DNA of 64,000 nt from a bacterium (lineage in GTDB: Bacteria > Krumholzibacteriota > Krumholzibacteriia > JACNKJ01): positions 91,578 through 155,577 of the forward strand of contig JAAEPZ010000512.1 in NCBI GenBank assembly GCA_024231955.1, given 5' to 3'. The stretch's first letter is position 1. Every line of letters begins with the position of its first letter. Under the pieces are notes generated by a model. It was given only the letters and a program-made list of their open reading frames with translations. It had not been told where the DNA came from and ran no database searches. The translations under genes were made by a program, and so were the position numbers. Positions 47,398-57,348 of this stretch are shown here, piece after piece.

Positions 47398-48441
47398 ATG
47401 ATGTCAAGAATCGCGATTCTCTCTTACGCGGGCCGCCTTGCCGGCCTGGTTCTGATCCTGCTGTTCCTGCTGATGCCCCTCGCGGTCGTCGCCCAGGAGG
47501 GCAAAGCGATACCCGACACGACGAAAATGTCACCTCTGCAATTGCTGGCCTGGCGCGCCAAGTATGCCAAAACCATGGAGAAAGAGGTGGCGGAGGAGGA
47601 TGGCGAGCTCCCCGCCGGAGTCACCCGCATTACCGACTCCGACGGCAGTGAGAGCTGTCCCGTCTGGTCACCAGACGGCAGATACCTCTATTACGGCTAT
47701 TCACATGCCAGGGTTAATTGCATCAACCGGATCGACCTGACGACAATGGAGATCAAAGCTGTCACCGACTCCACCTACTACGCCCAGATGCCCGACATCT
47801 CCCCCGACGGTCAGCACATGTCCTTTAACCAGAAGATGATGGGGATAGGCGTCAAACTCTGGGTGATGCGGCTCGAAGATGGGGCAATAGGCAAACTTAC
47901 CACCTCCGAGGATTCCAACCGTGAAACCTGGAGCCGTTGGAGTCGGGACGGCATGAAGATCTATTTCCTGGACACGTACATAGAGCAGCCCAAGACGTAT
48001 TGCGCATCCTCAATCCTGCGAACCGGCACCAATCCGAAGAAGATCATGCAAACGGAGCAAATCATCAACCGCCCCAATGTCAGTTGCGCCGGTGATCGTA
48101 TCGCCTGGTCCTGCAATGACGGCGATCAATCATCGATCCGCCTGATCAATCTCGATATCACGGCCATCTACGAGGACATCGTCGTGCCCGGCTACTATCT
48201 GTCCTGCGCAGACTGGTTGCCCGGTGATGAACGCATGATCGTCTCCTACCTCGACAAGGCGGATCCCATGGCCGGCTTCAATCTGGGGATCCTGGATATC
48301 TTTGAGCAGAGGATAATTCCGCTGCTCGACCTGGGCATGAGTGAATCCGAACCCCAGATATCACCTGATGGCTCTCAGGTAGTGTTCCAGGCCAGCATCG
48401 ATGGGAAGCAGTCGGATATTTTCATCTTCGATCTGAAATAA
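47398..48441 (+). CDS. PD40 / TolB-like beta-propeller repeat protein (secreted)
   Basis: Signal peptide. Repeated 'SPDG(R/Q)...' blades: 'WSPDGRYLYYGYSH', 'MPDISPDGQHMSFNQ', 'WSRDGMKIYFLD', 'ISPDGSQVVFQAS'. Confidence 0.6.
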   Translation: MMSRIAILSYAGRLAGLVLILLFLLMPLAVVAQEGKAIPDTTKMSPLQLLAWRAKYAKTMEKEVAEEDGELPAGVTRITDSDGSESCPVWSPDGRYLYYGYSHARVNCINRIDLTTMEIKAVTDSTYYAQMPDISPDGQHMSFNQKMMGIGVKLWVMRLEDGAIGKLTTSEDSNRETWSRWSRDGMKIYFLDTYIEQPKTYCASSILRTGTNPKKIMQTEQIINRPNVSCAGDRIAWSCNDGDQSSIRLINLDITAIYEDIVVPGYYLSCADWLPGDERMIVSYLDKADPMAGFNLGILDIFEQRIIPLLDLGMSESEPQISPDGSQVVFQASIDGKQSDIFIFDLK

Positions 48442-48468
48442 ACTCGACAGCCACAAAGGCGATACGAC

Positions 48469-50667
48469 ATGAACAGAGCAAGCCGACTCCGGGCGATCAC
48501 CATCACCCTGCTGCTGACTCTCCTCACCTGTCCAATCGCCCGGGCACAAGTTGTCGACAACACCAGTATCGGTACGATCGTCTTTGAAAAAACCGATGGC
48601 GACATCCTGGGTGAGGCTCTGGAGCGTCTCGGTCTTACCCGTGCCGATCTCGGCTACCGGCCCTTATCCAGTTGGACCCGCTACCCGTTGCCCACACAGA
48701 TCCCCTATATCAACACGGCGTTCAGCGATCTGTTCGCACGCCCCCAGGTGATCCCCCGCTATATCCACGGGATGGCCGACCCCGTGCGAAAGTACCTGGC
48801 CCCGACCCGTCTGGCGACCGAAGACGATGCTCTCTATCAACTCGCCTACTACCTGGGGGTGGAGAAATTCGCAGGCGGCTTCCGCAATTACTCGGCCAAC
48901 TGCCTGCCCGCCCCCGCGACGGACAGCCCGCTGTTCGACGCGATTGCCCGCATCCGCTACGACTTCGGCCAGGGTCCACGTCAGGGCAGTTTCGGCGATC
49001 GCTATCAGGAGGACGACACAGAGGAGCTGGCGCTCAGGGATCAGATCGCAGCACTGGCTCCCGAGGTGAGGAGCATAGTCGCCGGGTTGATTCTCAATCT
49101 GGCCGACGCCGCCCGCTGGACCGATCTCTCCTTCCGGCGCGCCGAACTCGATCTGCTCGCCCGGGTGGAGGCGATCGTGGATATACCCAACAGCGAAACC
49201 TATCTCCCCGAACTCGACGACCTGGCTCTGCTGTGGGACCGTCAGTCGCTGTGCTACGGCGCCCTGAAGGCCGCCCAGGCATTGGACACGGCGCGGCTTG
49301 CGCTGCTCAATCTCGACCGGAAGCTGCTGAGGGGTGAGGGGATCCTGCTGGATACCCGCACGCCCATCGGACGCATCGTAGTCAGCGGAACCGATGGTGA
49401 GGAATACGATGTCACCGAGTGCCTGCTCTGGCTGGATCTCGGCGGCGACGACCATTACGGCGGCTCCCCCGCAGGCAGCAGAGCGGGGGAACTGCCGGTC
49501 TCCGTACTCCTCGAAATGGACGGCCGCGACACCTACACCGGGCGGGATGGCGCCCTCGGCGCAGGCTTGCTGGGTCTGGGTCTGCTCGTGGATGTCGCCG
49601 GCGACGACCGCTACGAGTCGACCACGCGGGGGCAGGGCTACGGTCAGTTCGGCTTTGGTCTGCTGGCCGATCTGGCCGGCGACGACGAGTGGACCATGGC
49701 CAGCTGCGGGCAGGGCGCCGGCTGCTTCGGAATGGGCATACACCTCGATGCGGCGGGCAATGACCGCTACTACCTCTTCGGCGAGGGGCAGGGTTTCGGC
49801 GGCGTGGGCGGCGTGGGCACACTGGCCTCCTGGGGCGGCAACGACCGCTACGTGGCCGAGCCCTACGCGGCCAAGGCGGGACGCGCGGACTACCACAGCG
49901 ATCACCTGGTGGCGGCCAACGCGGCTCAGGGTTGCGGCATGGGCCGCCGCGGCGACGGCTCCGATGGCCACAGCTGGGCAGGCGGATTGGGCGCACTGAT
50001 TGAGATCCACGGTCGAGATGAATACCGCAGCGGCAACTGGAGCCTCGGCACCGGATTCTGGTACGGCATCGGCCTCCTCTATGAAGGGGACGGCGACGAC
50101 ACCTTCGAGAGCGTCTACTTCACACAGGCCAGCGGCGCCCATTTCTGCATCGGCTCGATTCTGGACGAGGGGGGCAACGATAGCCACCGTCTCTTTGAAA
50201 ATGCCGGGGCGGGAATTGCTTTTGGCTGGGATTACACCAACGCGCTGCTCATTGATACGGAGGGGGACGATATCTACGAGGCAAAGATCATCAGCCTCGG
50301 ATTGTCCGAGATTCGGAGCAACGCCCTCCTCATCGATCTGAAGGGGGACGACATCTACCGACTCGACGCGGGTCAACTCGGTTTTGGGGCCGCCGACATG
50401 CAGGAGAGGTACGGGGAAGCACCGGCCACAGCCCCCTACTACGGGGAATCACTCTCCATCGGTTTGCTGCTCGATGGCGGCGGCGGGGATCGCTATGAAC
50501 TGCGCGATCCGGATACCAACAGCTTCTCGCCCGACACTCTTCTCAGCGACAATCGCTGGCGGCTCCGCCCGGCTCCCGACTCACCCGACGCCGGTTTCGA
50601 CAATTACGGCGCCTTCTGGGATGTAGAGTTAAAATCTCTCCCCGAGCTGGAACCCTTCCTGCATTAG
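48469..50667 (+). CDS. Secreted protein with ~12 degenerate GxDxY-containing repeats
   Basis: Signal peptide 'LLLTLLTCPIARAQ'. Recurring 'GGDDHYGG', 'AGDDRYES', 'AGDDEWTM', 'AGNDRYYL', 'GGNDRYVA', 'GDGDDTFE', 'GGNDSHRL', 'KGDDIYRL', 'GGGDRYEL' at roughly 20-25 aa spacing. Confidence 0.5.
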   Translation: MNRASRLRAITITLLLTLLTCPIARAQVVDNTSIGTIVFEKTDGDILGEALERLGLTRADLGYRPLSSWTRYPLPTQIPYINTAFSDLFARPQVIPRYIHGMADPVRKYLAPTRLATEDDALYQLAYYLGVEKFAGGFRNYSANCLPAPATDSPLFDAIARIRYDFGQGPRQGSFGDRYQEDDTEELALRDQIAALAPEVRSIVAGLILNLADAARWTDLSFRRAELDLLARVEAIVDIPNSETYLPELDDLALLWDRQSLCYGALKAAQALDTARLALLNLDRKLLRGEGILLDTRTPIGRIVVSGTDGEEYDVTECLLWLDLGGDDHYGGSPAGSRAGELPVSVLLEMDGRDTYTGRDGALGAGLLGLGLLVDVAGDDRYESTTRGQGYGQFGFGLLADLAGDDEWTMASCGQGAGCFGMGIHLDAAGNDRYYLFGEGQGFGGVGGVGTLASWGGNDRYVAEPYAAKAGRADYHSDHLVAANAAQGCGMGRRGDGSDGHSWAGGLGALIEIHGRDEYRSGNWSLGTGFWYGIGLLYEGDGDDTFESVYFTQASGAHFCIGSILDEGGNDSHRLFENAGAGIAFGWDYTNALLIDTEGDDIYEAKIISLGLSEIRSNALLIDLKGDDIYRLDAGQLGFGAADMQERYGEAPATAPYYGESLSIGLLLDGGGGDRYELRDPDTNSFSPDTLLSDNRWRLRPAPDSPDAGFDNYGAFWDVELKSLPELEPFLH

Positions 50668-50787
50668 CCGAAACCTGTCGGGAATTGATCGCAACGGAGA
50701 GAATTTCATTCACGATTTTTCCGGTTTACTGTAGTTTCCCACTGATGTCCCAAATGATCATTACTCATGAAGTCGATAAGGAGCAGT

Positions 50788-51534
50788 ATGTCCAAGGACA
50801 AGGTGATTGTCGTCATGCCCGCCTACAATGCGGAGACAACCCTGGAGCAGACCTTGAACGATATCCCGGAGGGCTCGGTCGACGAGGTGATCCTGGTTGA
50901 TGACTGCAGCAGCGACGGCACTGTGGAGCTGGCCAAACGGCTGGGCCTGACCGTCGTCGAGCACGAACAGAACAAGGGCTACGGCGGTAATCAGAAGAGC
51001 TGCTACCGTCTGGCGCTGGATCACGGTGCCGATATCATCCTGATGATCCACCCCGATTACCAGTACGATTCATCACTGGTGCCCCATCTGGCGGGGCTGC
51101 TCAGTTCCGGCAACTGCGATGTCCTGCTGGGCAATCGCATACGTTCCCGAAAAGAGGCTCTCAACGGCGGCATGCCCACCTACAAGTATCTGGCCAACCG
51201 GATGCTGACCATCATCGAAAACATGTGGCTGGGGCAGAACCTCAGCGAATTCCACTCCGGCATGCGGGGCTATCGCCGCGAGGTTCTCGAGACGATCCCC
51301 TGGGAGCGGAACAGCGACGACTTCGTTTTCGACAGCCAGTTCCTGGCCCAATCCGTGTACTTCGGTTTCCGTCTGGGGGATATCCCCGTTCCTGTGCGCT
51401 ACATGAAGGAGGCCAGCAGCATCAACTTCAGCCGCAGCATGGAATATGGACTGCTGACGCTGGAGACGCTGGTGCGGTTTGCGCTGCACAAGACCGGTCT
51501 GGTCAAGAGCCCGCTGTTCCACGCACGGGACTGA
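50788..51534 (+). CDS. Family 2 glycosyltransferase (dolichyl-phosphate mannosyltransferase-like)
   Basis: '[19 protein letters not shown]...[15 protein letters not shown]' is the GT2 DxD region. AAGGAG RBS before ATG 50788. Confidence 0.8.
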   Translation: MSKDKVIVVMPAYNAETTLEQTLNDIPEGSVDEVILVDDCSSDGTVELAKRLGLTVVEHEQNKGYGGNQKSCYRLALDHGADIILMIHPDYQYDSSLVPHLAGLLSSGNCDVLLGNRIRSRKEALNGGMPTYKYLANRMLTIIENMWLGQNLSEFHSGMRGYRREVLETIPWERNSDDFVFDSQFLAQSVYFGFRLGDIPVPVRYMKEASSINFSRSMEYGLLTLETLVRFALHKTGLVKSPLFHARD

Positions 51535-51553
51535 CGGTTCATAAGGAGCAAGC

Positions 51554-52954
51554 ATGGCGAATAGAGCGGAAATGATCCGTAAGGCTGTCGGACTGACGGC
51601 GGTGGCGGCGGTACTCCGTCTCTTCCGCCTCGGCGACTGGAGCCTCTGGATCGATGAGGGCAATACCCTCTGGCTGACGGAATTCCTCTCGGGCAAACGA
51701 CCCACCGATTCCTATCCCGTCTTTTTCTGGCTTGAGAGGGGGATGGTTGAGCTGCTGGGCACAGGCGAGTTCGCCTTGCGGTTGCTGCCTGCGCTGCTGG
51801 GGATCATCTCCGTGCCGCTGCTCTACCTGCTGTTCCGCCGCGACGCCGGTGAGCGAACCGCCTTCTGGGGCGCCATGCTCATGGCGCTATGCCCCTGGCA
51901 CCTCTTCTGGAGTCAGAACGCCCGCTACTACACGCTGTTGCTGGTCGAGGCGATACTCCTGTTCAAACTGGCCTGGTCCTGGTGGGAAGATGGCGGCGAG
52001 ATCAAACTGGGGGGCATCGTGGCCGTCGGGTTCCTCGGCGTAATGAGCCAGTACACGCTGCTGCTGGCCTGGCCCGCGCTCGGTCTCTACCCCATCGTCG
52101 CCTGGTGCGCCGGCTACGCCAGAGATCGCCGCTTCGCCATCAAACGGATTCTGATCTTCTGGGTCGCGCTTGCGATCCCCGTTGCACTGGCCTTTGGCCG
52201 GATGCTCAAATTCAGCGAACGATTCATCGACATCCCTCAGCAATACGGCAACAACCCGCTGCTGATCCTGGCGGCACTGGTCTACCGGCTGGGGTTGCCG
52301 ATCTGCATCGCCATTCTGCTGGGTCTGATTTTCGGCTGGAGCGCCAAGGATCGCACGCGGCGACGTTTCACGATGTTCCTGACCTGCGCCGTCGTGATCC
52401 CGTCACTGCTGGCCGCCGTCATGAGCCTCAAGATGATCGCCACCAGCTACTACGTGTTCTTCGCCCTCCCCCTTTTCCTCCTGCTTGCGGGACAGGCTTT
52501 GGCGGAGAGCTTTGAGCACAAGCGGTTGACCCTCGTGGCCGGTTTGGTGCTCGCGGCATTCTACCTGCAGGGGGATATCCTCTACTTCACCTGTCATCAT
52601 GGCGATCGGATCCGATGGCGGGAGGCCGTGGCGCTGGTCAACGCCGATAAAGAGCCGGGCGACAAGGTGATCAGCTCAGGCGCCGAGGCAGTGGCCTACT
52701 ATCTGGGCGCGGAGCCGCAGCTGCTCAACGGGACACCGCTGCAGGAGAGCGTGCAGTGGCGGATCGAACCACGCTGGCTCACCCCCGCCGGCCGAACCTG
52801 GTATATCATCAACAACCTCGTGTTCGAAGAGTTGGACCACGACGGCGCCTTCACCCGCTTCATCCGGGAGCGCTGCGTCGTGCAGAGGGAGTTCCCCTGC
52901 TGGGTTGCGGGCAAGAACCGCTCGGTGCGGGTCTACCTCTACGAACCACGCTGA
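51554..52954 (+). CDS. GT39/GT83 (PMT / ArnT-like) integral membrane glycosyltransferase
   Basis: 'LRLFRLGDWSLWIDEGNTLWLTEF' is the typical first periplasmic-loop DE motif of PMT_2 family enzymes. About 11 TM helices. Starts 20 nt after the GT2 stop. Confidence 0.7.
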   Translation: MANRAEMIRKAVGLTAVAAVLRLFRLGDWSLWIDEGNTLWLTEFLSGKRPTDSYPVFFWLERGMVELLGTGEFALRLLPALLGIISVPLLYLLFRRDAGERTAFWGAMLMALCPWHLFWSQNARYYTLLLVEAILLFKLAWSWWEDGGEIKLGGIVAVGFLGVMSQYTLLLAWPALGLYPIVAWCAGYARDRRFAIKRILIFWVALAIPVALAFGRMLKFSERFIDIPQQYGNNPLLILAALVYRLGLPICIAILLGLIFGWSAKDRTRRRFTMFLTCAVVIPSLLAAVMSLKMIATSYYVFFALPLFLLLAGQALAESFEHKRLTLVAGLVLAAFYLQGDILYFTCHHGDRIRWREAVALVNADKEPGDKVISSGAEAVAYYLGAEPQLLNGTPLQESVQWRIEPRWLTPAGRTWYIINNLVFEELDHDGAFTRFIRERCVVQREFPCWVAGKNRSVRVYLYEPR

Positions 52955-53030
52955 CCGGCGGTTGTCCCGGCAACCGGAGGGGGACGACGATCAACGCTCC
53001 TGGATGCCGATAAATCACAAGATTATATTT

Positions 53031-53065
53031 TTGACATATTTAGAATTGACTCATACACTATACAG
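53031..53065 (+). promoter_or_regulatory. Sigma70-like promoter upstream of the small CarbopepD-like gene
   Basis: 'TTGACA' at 53031-53036, 17-bp spacer, 'TACACT'. A second 'TTGACT' lies 18 bp downstream. AT-rich island in a GC-rich genome. Confidence 0.3.
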
Positions 53066-53178
53066 GCAATACGTAGGGTCCGGCCTCCTTACCGGGTACG
53101 TCCTCATTCCATTGGCTGGGTCTGGAGATATGGCGAAAATGCCCTGGCGATGGCGCTCTGATGACATGAGGGGGAAAT

Positions 53179-53523
53179 ATGAAAATCAAACGTCTGATTG
53201 GAGCACTCGTAGTGCTTGTCTGGCTGTTGCCGGCGGGTATCGCAATGGCCGGCACTGTCAAGGGGACCATCAAAATACACGGTCAGCTCACTGCCGGTGT
53301 GACTCTCAAGGTTGAATTCGGCGACCGCAAAGTGCAGGCTACCGTCTCCGACAGAAACGGGAATTTCAGCCTGAACGTCCCGAAATCTGGCAGTTGGATA
53401 CTCACCATCGCCTGGAACGAGAAGCACTACTCCACAAAGATCCAGGTTCAGACGCGGCCCGTCACCTACAGCCTTGAGCTTGTCCGGCTCCGATCGGGCA
53501 GCGACAAATTGATCAAGCGGTGA
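53179..53523 (+). CDS. Small secreted carboxypeptidase-regulatory-domain-like (transthyretin-fold) protein
   Basis: Signal peptide. 'GTVKGTIKIHGQLTAGVTLKV...ATVSDRNGNFSLNVPKSGSWILTI' fits the CarbopepD_reg pattern. Sigma70-like promoter upstream. Confidence 0.5.
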   Translation: MKIKRLIGALVVLVWLLPAGIAMAGTVKGTIKIHGQLTAGVTLKVEFGDRKVQATVSDRNGNFSLNVPKSGSWILTIAWNEKHYSTKIQVQTRPVTYSLELVRLRSGSDKLIKR

Positions 53524-53526
53524 GCG

Positions 53527-54906
53527 GTGGGCAACAAGAAACATGATAACGAGCCACATGCGACTCCGACCAAACCCGTTTTCGAACGGATCTTCTGGCC
53601 GATGATAGCTCTGGTGCTGCCGATCATCATCACAACGATCAGCGCCCACACATACAATGTAAAATCCGAACGGGACTCCCGTCTGCGGCTGTATTCAGAG
53701 CTGATCAGCCAGCGGGAAAATTCGGAAAGCAAGATGCGCATCGACATGCTCAACACATTGATGGGCAACTTCTTCAAATCCAAGGCCGATCAATCCACTG
53801 ACTCCACCATGAGTATCGACTACACGTTGAAGACAATTGATGAGGACATTCTGCAGCTGGAACTGATCACCTACAACTTCCATGAGTCGCTGCAGCTCTC
53901 ACCACTGTTTCACTCGGTCAACCGCAAGCTCATCGGGTTGAAAAGCCGCAAAGACAGCGAAGATCGATTGGACGAAATCACCGCCATGAACAAACGACTG
54001 CTCAATCTCGCCCGCAAAGTGATAAGCAAGCAGGTCGAGACGCTGCAGGGTCACGGCGACGTTCAGAAATACAAACTCAGTATTTCGGATTACAGAACCG
54101 GTCGCTGGAAACGTGATATCCGGGAATCGTTCGAGAACCTCATCGACAATACCAATGCAAGCATCGACCGGACCAAGATCAGCAGAGGGCTGGCGCAACA
54201 CGTGTGGAACGATGAGCTCGAGCAGGTTGTCAGAGATGAGATCGGGGAGGAGAGAAATATTGTGCTGCTGCAGCGCGATCTGGTCGACTCGGCGTTGAGT
54301 ATCGTCGAAACCCTGTCCGTGGTCGATTCGACCTGGAACGTGTTGTGGGATACCGTCGGAACTGCGGACGGCGGCGTCGACAGCGTCATCGGCATCCTGA
54401 AATCCAATATGGGGCAGATCGACCCGACTGCTCAACTTGTTGAGGGACCCTACCTGATAGACGACCTCATCACCCTGTACTCCACCTCCGGAGATTCGGT
54501 GCACTGCATGCGCGGTGCGCTCGAGATTATGGACTTGAAGGAGGACGAGCACGAGATCCGCATCCGGTTGGAGATAGTCCAGTGCATGCATGGGGTGAGG
54601 GACGCCGTGCAGTGTGATGGCGGCAAGGGGCAGGCCAAGTGCTGGGATCATACCGGGTGCGAGGCCCTGACGATGGAGATCGAGGGGGATGGGTTCCACG
54701 TCGGAGTATTTGATTTCCCGCTGATCGATAATACGCGACTGAACAACGATCTGCGGTTTTCGGTGTTCATCAAGCAATGGAGCGATTCGATCGATGGTCA
54801 AGATGCCGAGATTGAGCTGGGGTTTGCTCTGTTCCCGGGATACGTTGCCAGTTTGAGAGAGAAGTCCTATTTTAAGGATATCATGGAGAGGTTGAATACG
54901 GATTGA
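53527..54906 (+). CDS. Hypothetical N-terminally anchored protein, lower GC, Cys-rich C-terminal domain
   Basis: GTG start 4 nt after the upstream stop. TM 'IFWPMIALVLPIIITTISA'. Long helical region. C-terminal 'HCMRGALEIMDL...VQCMHGVRDAVQCDGGKGQAKCWDHTGCE'. Confidence 0.45.
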   Translation: MGNKKHDNEPHATPTKPVFERIFWPMIALVLPIIITTISAHTYNVKSERDSRLRLYSELISQRENSESKMRIDMLNTLMGNFFKSKADQSTDSTMSIDYTLKTIDEDILQLELITYNFHESLQLSPLFHSVNRKLIGLKSRKDSEDRLDEITAMNKRLLNLARKVISKQVETLQGHGDVQKYKLSISDYRTGRWKRDIRESFENLIDNTNASIDRTKISRGLAQHVWNDELEQVVRDEIGEERNIVLLQRDLVDSALSIVETLSVVDSTWNVLWDTVGTADGGVDSVIGILKSNMGQIDPTAQLVEGPYLIDDLITLYSTSGDSVHCMRGALEIMDLKEDEHEIRIRLEIVQCMHGVRDAVQCDGGKGQAKCWDHTGCEALTMEIEGDGFHVGVFDFPLIDNTRLNNDLRFSVFIKQWSDSIDGQDAEIELGFALFPGYVASLREKSYFKDIMERLNTD

Positions 54907-55074
54907 GGCCGATGCGGATCTCCGCGCCGACCCGGTGCGGAGTGGGTGACCCATACTCTTCAAGATCCTCCGGCATATCGCGGAGCGACATTACTACATC
55001 ATCAATTCAAGATCAGGTTCCCGAATTCAAGGGTAGGGCGACCACCATCTGAGGCGCGCACGAAGGAGTTCGAC

Positions 55075-56379
55075 ATGGCTCAACAGGACTCGATGCATAA
55101 CACCCACGAGAAGGCCCGCTTTCTCAATCAGCATCCCCGGATCTACGGTTCGATGGCCGAGATCGGCGCGGGACAGGAGGTGGCGCGCACCTTCTTCCAG
55201 GCCGGTGGAGCCTCGGGCACAATCGCGAAAACGGTCTCAGCCTACGATATGGAGATGAGCGACTCCATCTACGGCGTCGAGCAATCGGGGCGTTACGTCT
55301 CCCGGACGCGGTTGGAAAACATGCTCGACACCGAATTCTGCGATCTGCTGAAACGGGTCGGCACAAAGCGACCGGCGAACAGCACCTATTTCGCCTTCGC
55401 GGACACGGTGGCCGCCAGGGCCTACAAGTCCAGCAACGACTGCCACGGCTGGATGGGTATCCGCTACCAGCACGAAGCCGGCGCGAAGCCGAGCCAGATC
55501 GTCATCCACCTGCGCATGCTGGATGACTTGAACCGCGACCAGCAGAAGGTTCTGGGCATCCTGGGCGTCAACCTGATTTTCGCCGCATTCAATTATTCGC
55601 AGGATCCGGAGGATCTGGTGGATGCCCTCATTGAGGACATCGCCTGGGGGCGCATCGAGATCGACTACATCCACATGAGCGGCCCCGCCTTCCAGGGGAT
55701 CGACAACCTGCAGATGAACCTCCGCCTGGTGACATCCAGTCTGGGACCTGTCGCCATGTTCACGCCCGACAGACAAGCCGTGGTGCCCAACGATCTCATC
55801 TTCCGCAGACATGTGCTCATATTGCGCGGAGCCTTTCGCCCCTTCTCACCGGTGCAGGCCGACATGATCGCCTGCGGCATCGGGGCCTTTGCTCAGGACC
55901 TCGCCACATCGGAGAAGAACATAGTCTGCTTCTGCGAGATGAACGTCGCCCAGTATCTGTCGGACGGCGTCGACGAGATCTCCGATCTGAAGGAGCGGGT
56001 GCTCCGGCTGACCGAGAGCGGCTATACGGTCATGGTGACCTCCCATTTCCGCTACTTTCGTCTCAGCGAGTACTTCTCGAAACAGGGGCAGCGGCGGATA
56101 GGTTACATCCTGTCGGTGGACAACATCCACTCCATCCTCGACGATCAGTACTATGAAGGGATGGAGGGCGGCATCCTGGAGGCCATGGGCAAGCTCTTCA
56201 CATCGGACTCGAAACTCCTCGTCTATCCGAACCTCATGCCTGACGGCAGCATGATCACAGCGGAGAACGTCCTCGTGCCCGACAGTCAAAAATACCTGTA
56301 CCGACACCTGCTGCACAACAAGCGCCTGCTGGCCCTGGAACCGGACCGCGACAAACTCGTCCCCTTCGAGACGGATTGA
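55075..56379 (+). CDS. Hypothetical protein (435 aa), no recognised domain
   Basis: AAGGAG RBS 6 nt before ATG 55075. The tracked ORF starts at 54946 but lacks an RBS there. Confidence 0.45.
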   Translation: MAQQDSMHNTHEKARFLNQHPRIYGSMAEIGAGQEVARTFFQAGGASGTIAKTVSAYDMEMSDSIYGVEQSGRYVSRTRLENMLDTEFCDLLKRVGTKRPANSTYFAFADTVAARAYKSSNDCHGWMGIRYQHEAGAKPSQIVIHLRMLDDLNRDQQKVLGILGVNLIFAAFNYSQDPEDLVDALIEDIAWGRIEIDYIHMSGPAFQGIDNLQMNLRLVTSSLGPVAMFTPDRQAVVPNDLIFRRHVLILRGAFRPFSPVQADMIACGIGAFAQDLATSEKNIVCFCEMNVAQYLSDGVDEISDLKERVLRLTESGYTVMVTSHFRYFRLSEYFSKQGQRRIGYILSVDNIHSILDDQYYEGMEGGILEAMGKLFTSDSKLLVYPNLMPDGSMITAENVLVPDSQKYLYRHLLHNKRLLALEPDRDKLVPFETD

Positions 56380-56467
56380 AACGGCTTGTGGGCCCTCTCG
56401 CCGCAGAGGCGGGGAGAACCACATCCACCTGGGACGCTCCAACGTGATCCGTCGCACCGTCGGGTTC

Positions 56468-57247
56468 TCAGGGGAGCAATTCGCCGATCAAGCCGACATA
56501 CTTGCCGCCGCAGGTAAAAACCGACCATGCCGCCGGTGAGCGTTCGATTACGTAGTCGTGGAAGAAGGAGTTGTCCTGGATGTCATCCATGATGATCAAC
56601 GCGCCGGGACGCAGGCGGGGCACCATGATCTTCATGGCGAACGTCCGGCCGCTGTAACTCTTGTCGGAATCGTAGTGGAACAGATCGACAACCGTCACGG
56701 AGGATGCGATGACGGGTAGATTGACGGCATCGCCCTTCACATGCAGGTGCCAATTCTCCTTCAGCTCCTCCTCCACAACTATGCCGATGTATCTCTCCGG
56801 CTCCGGCAGACGGAAGTAGGGAAAATCGCTGCTGTGCAGTTCGCCGCCGCCGTTACGCCGCATTGCGGACAGAAAAGCCTGGGACGAAAAGCCCGCCGCA
56901 ACACCCGTCTCCACAACGACCCCGGGGCAGCGCAGACGGGTGAGGAAGTAGAGCAGCTGATGATAGGCCCCACCGCCAAGCTGGTGGTCGAGTCCGGCCA
57001 GGATCCCTTCGGCCCGCTTCTCCAGTGCGCAACCGAACTCCTCCGCCTCGCTCCAGAGCGCGGGATTCAACTCGTGCGCCATCTCGGCGAAATCAACAGC
57101 CTGCTTTGCCAGCCAGGCCTGGTTGTCGTCGGAGTTCAGGTGCCCGGATTGCGGCCGGATCCGTCGCCAGAGCTTGCCCAGCATGATGCGGGCATTGGCG
57201 GGATTCAGGGCTGAACGGGCGATATTGACGAGATTATTCCTCTGCAT
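56468..57247 (-). CDS. Class I SAM-dependent methyltransferase (TylF/MycF-like)
   Basis: 'GVVVETGVAAGFSSQAFLSAM' matches the Rossmann motif I, and 'ALIIMDDI' the later motifs. Confidence 0.6.
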   Translation of the reverse strand: MQRNNLVNIARSALNPANARIMLGKLWRRIRPQSGHLNSDDNQAWLAKQAVDFAEMAHELNPALWSEAEEFGCALEKRAEGILAGLDHQLGGGAYHQLLYFLTRLRCPGVVVETGVAAGFSSQAFLSAMRRNGGGELHSSDFPYFRLPEPERYIGIVVEEELKENWHLHVKGDAVNLPVIASSVTVVDLFHYDSDKSYSGRTFAMKIMVPRLRPGALIIMDDIQDNSFFHDYVIERSPAAWSVFTCGGKYVGLIGELLP

Positions 57248-57348
57248 TCATCCATCTCCGTAGGGAACGCGCTCGTCCCCAATGATAGCGAGACCTGTCG
57301 GTGGATGCCGCACACGATTCGAAAGACCGGTCGCCTGGCATGCCGATC

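Noticed and set aside
52955-52985. Hairpin 'CGGTTG tcccgg CAACCG' right after the GT39/83 stop.
   Set aside because: The stem is short (6-7 bp) and no T-tract follows. Not a convincing intrinsic terminator.
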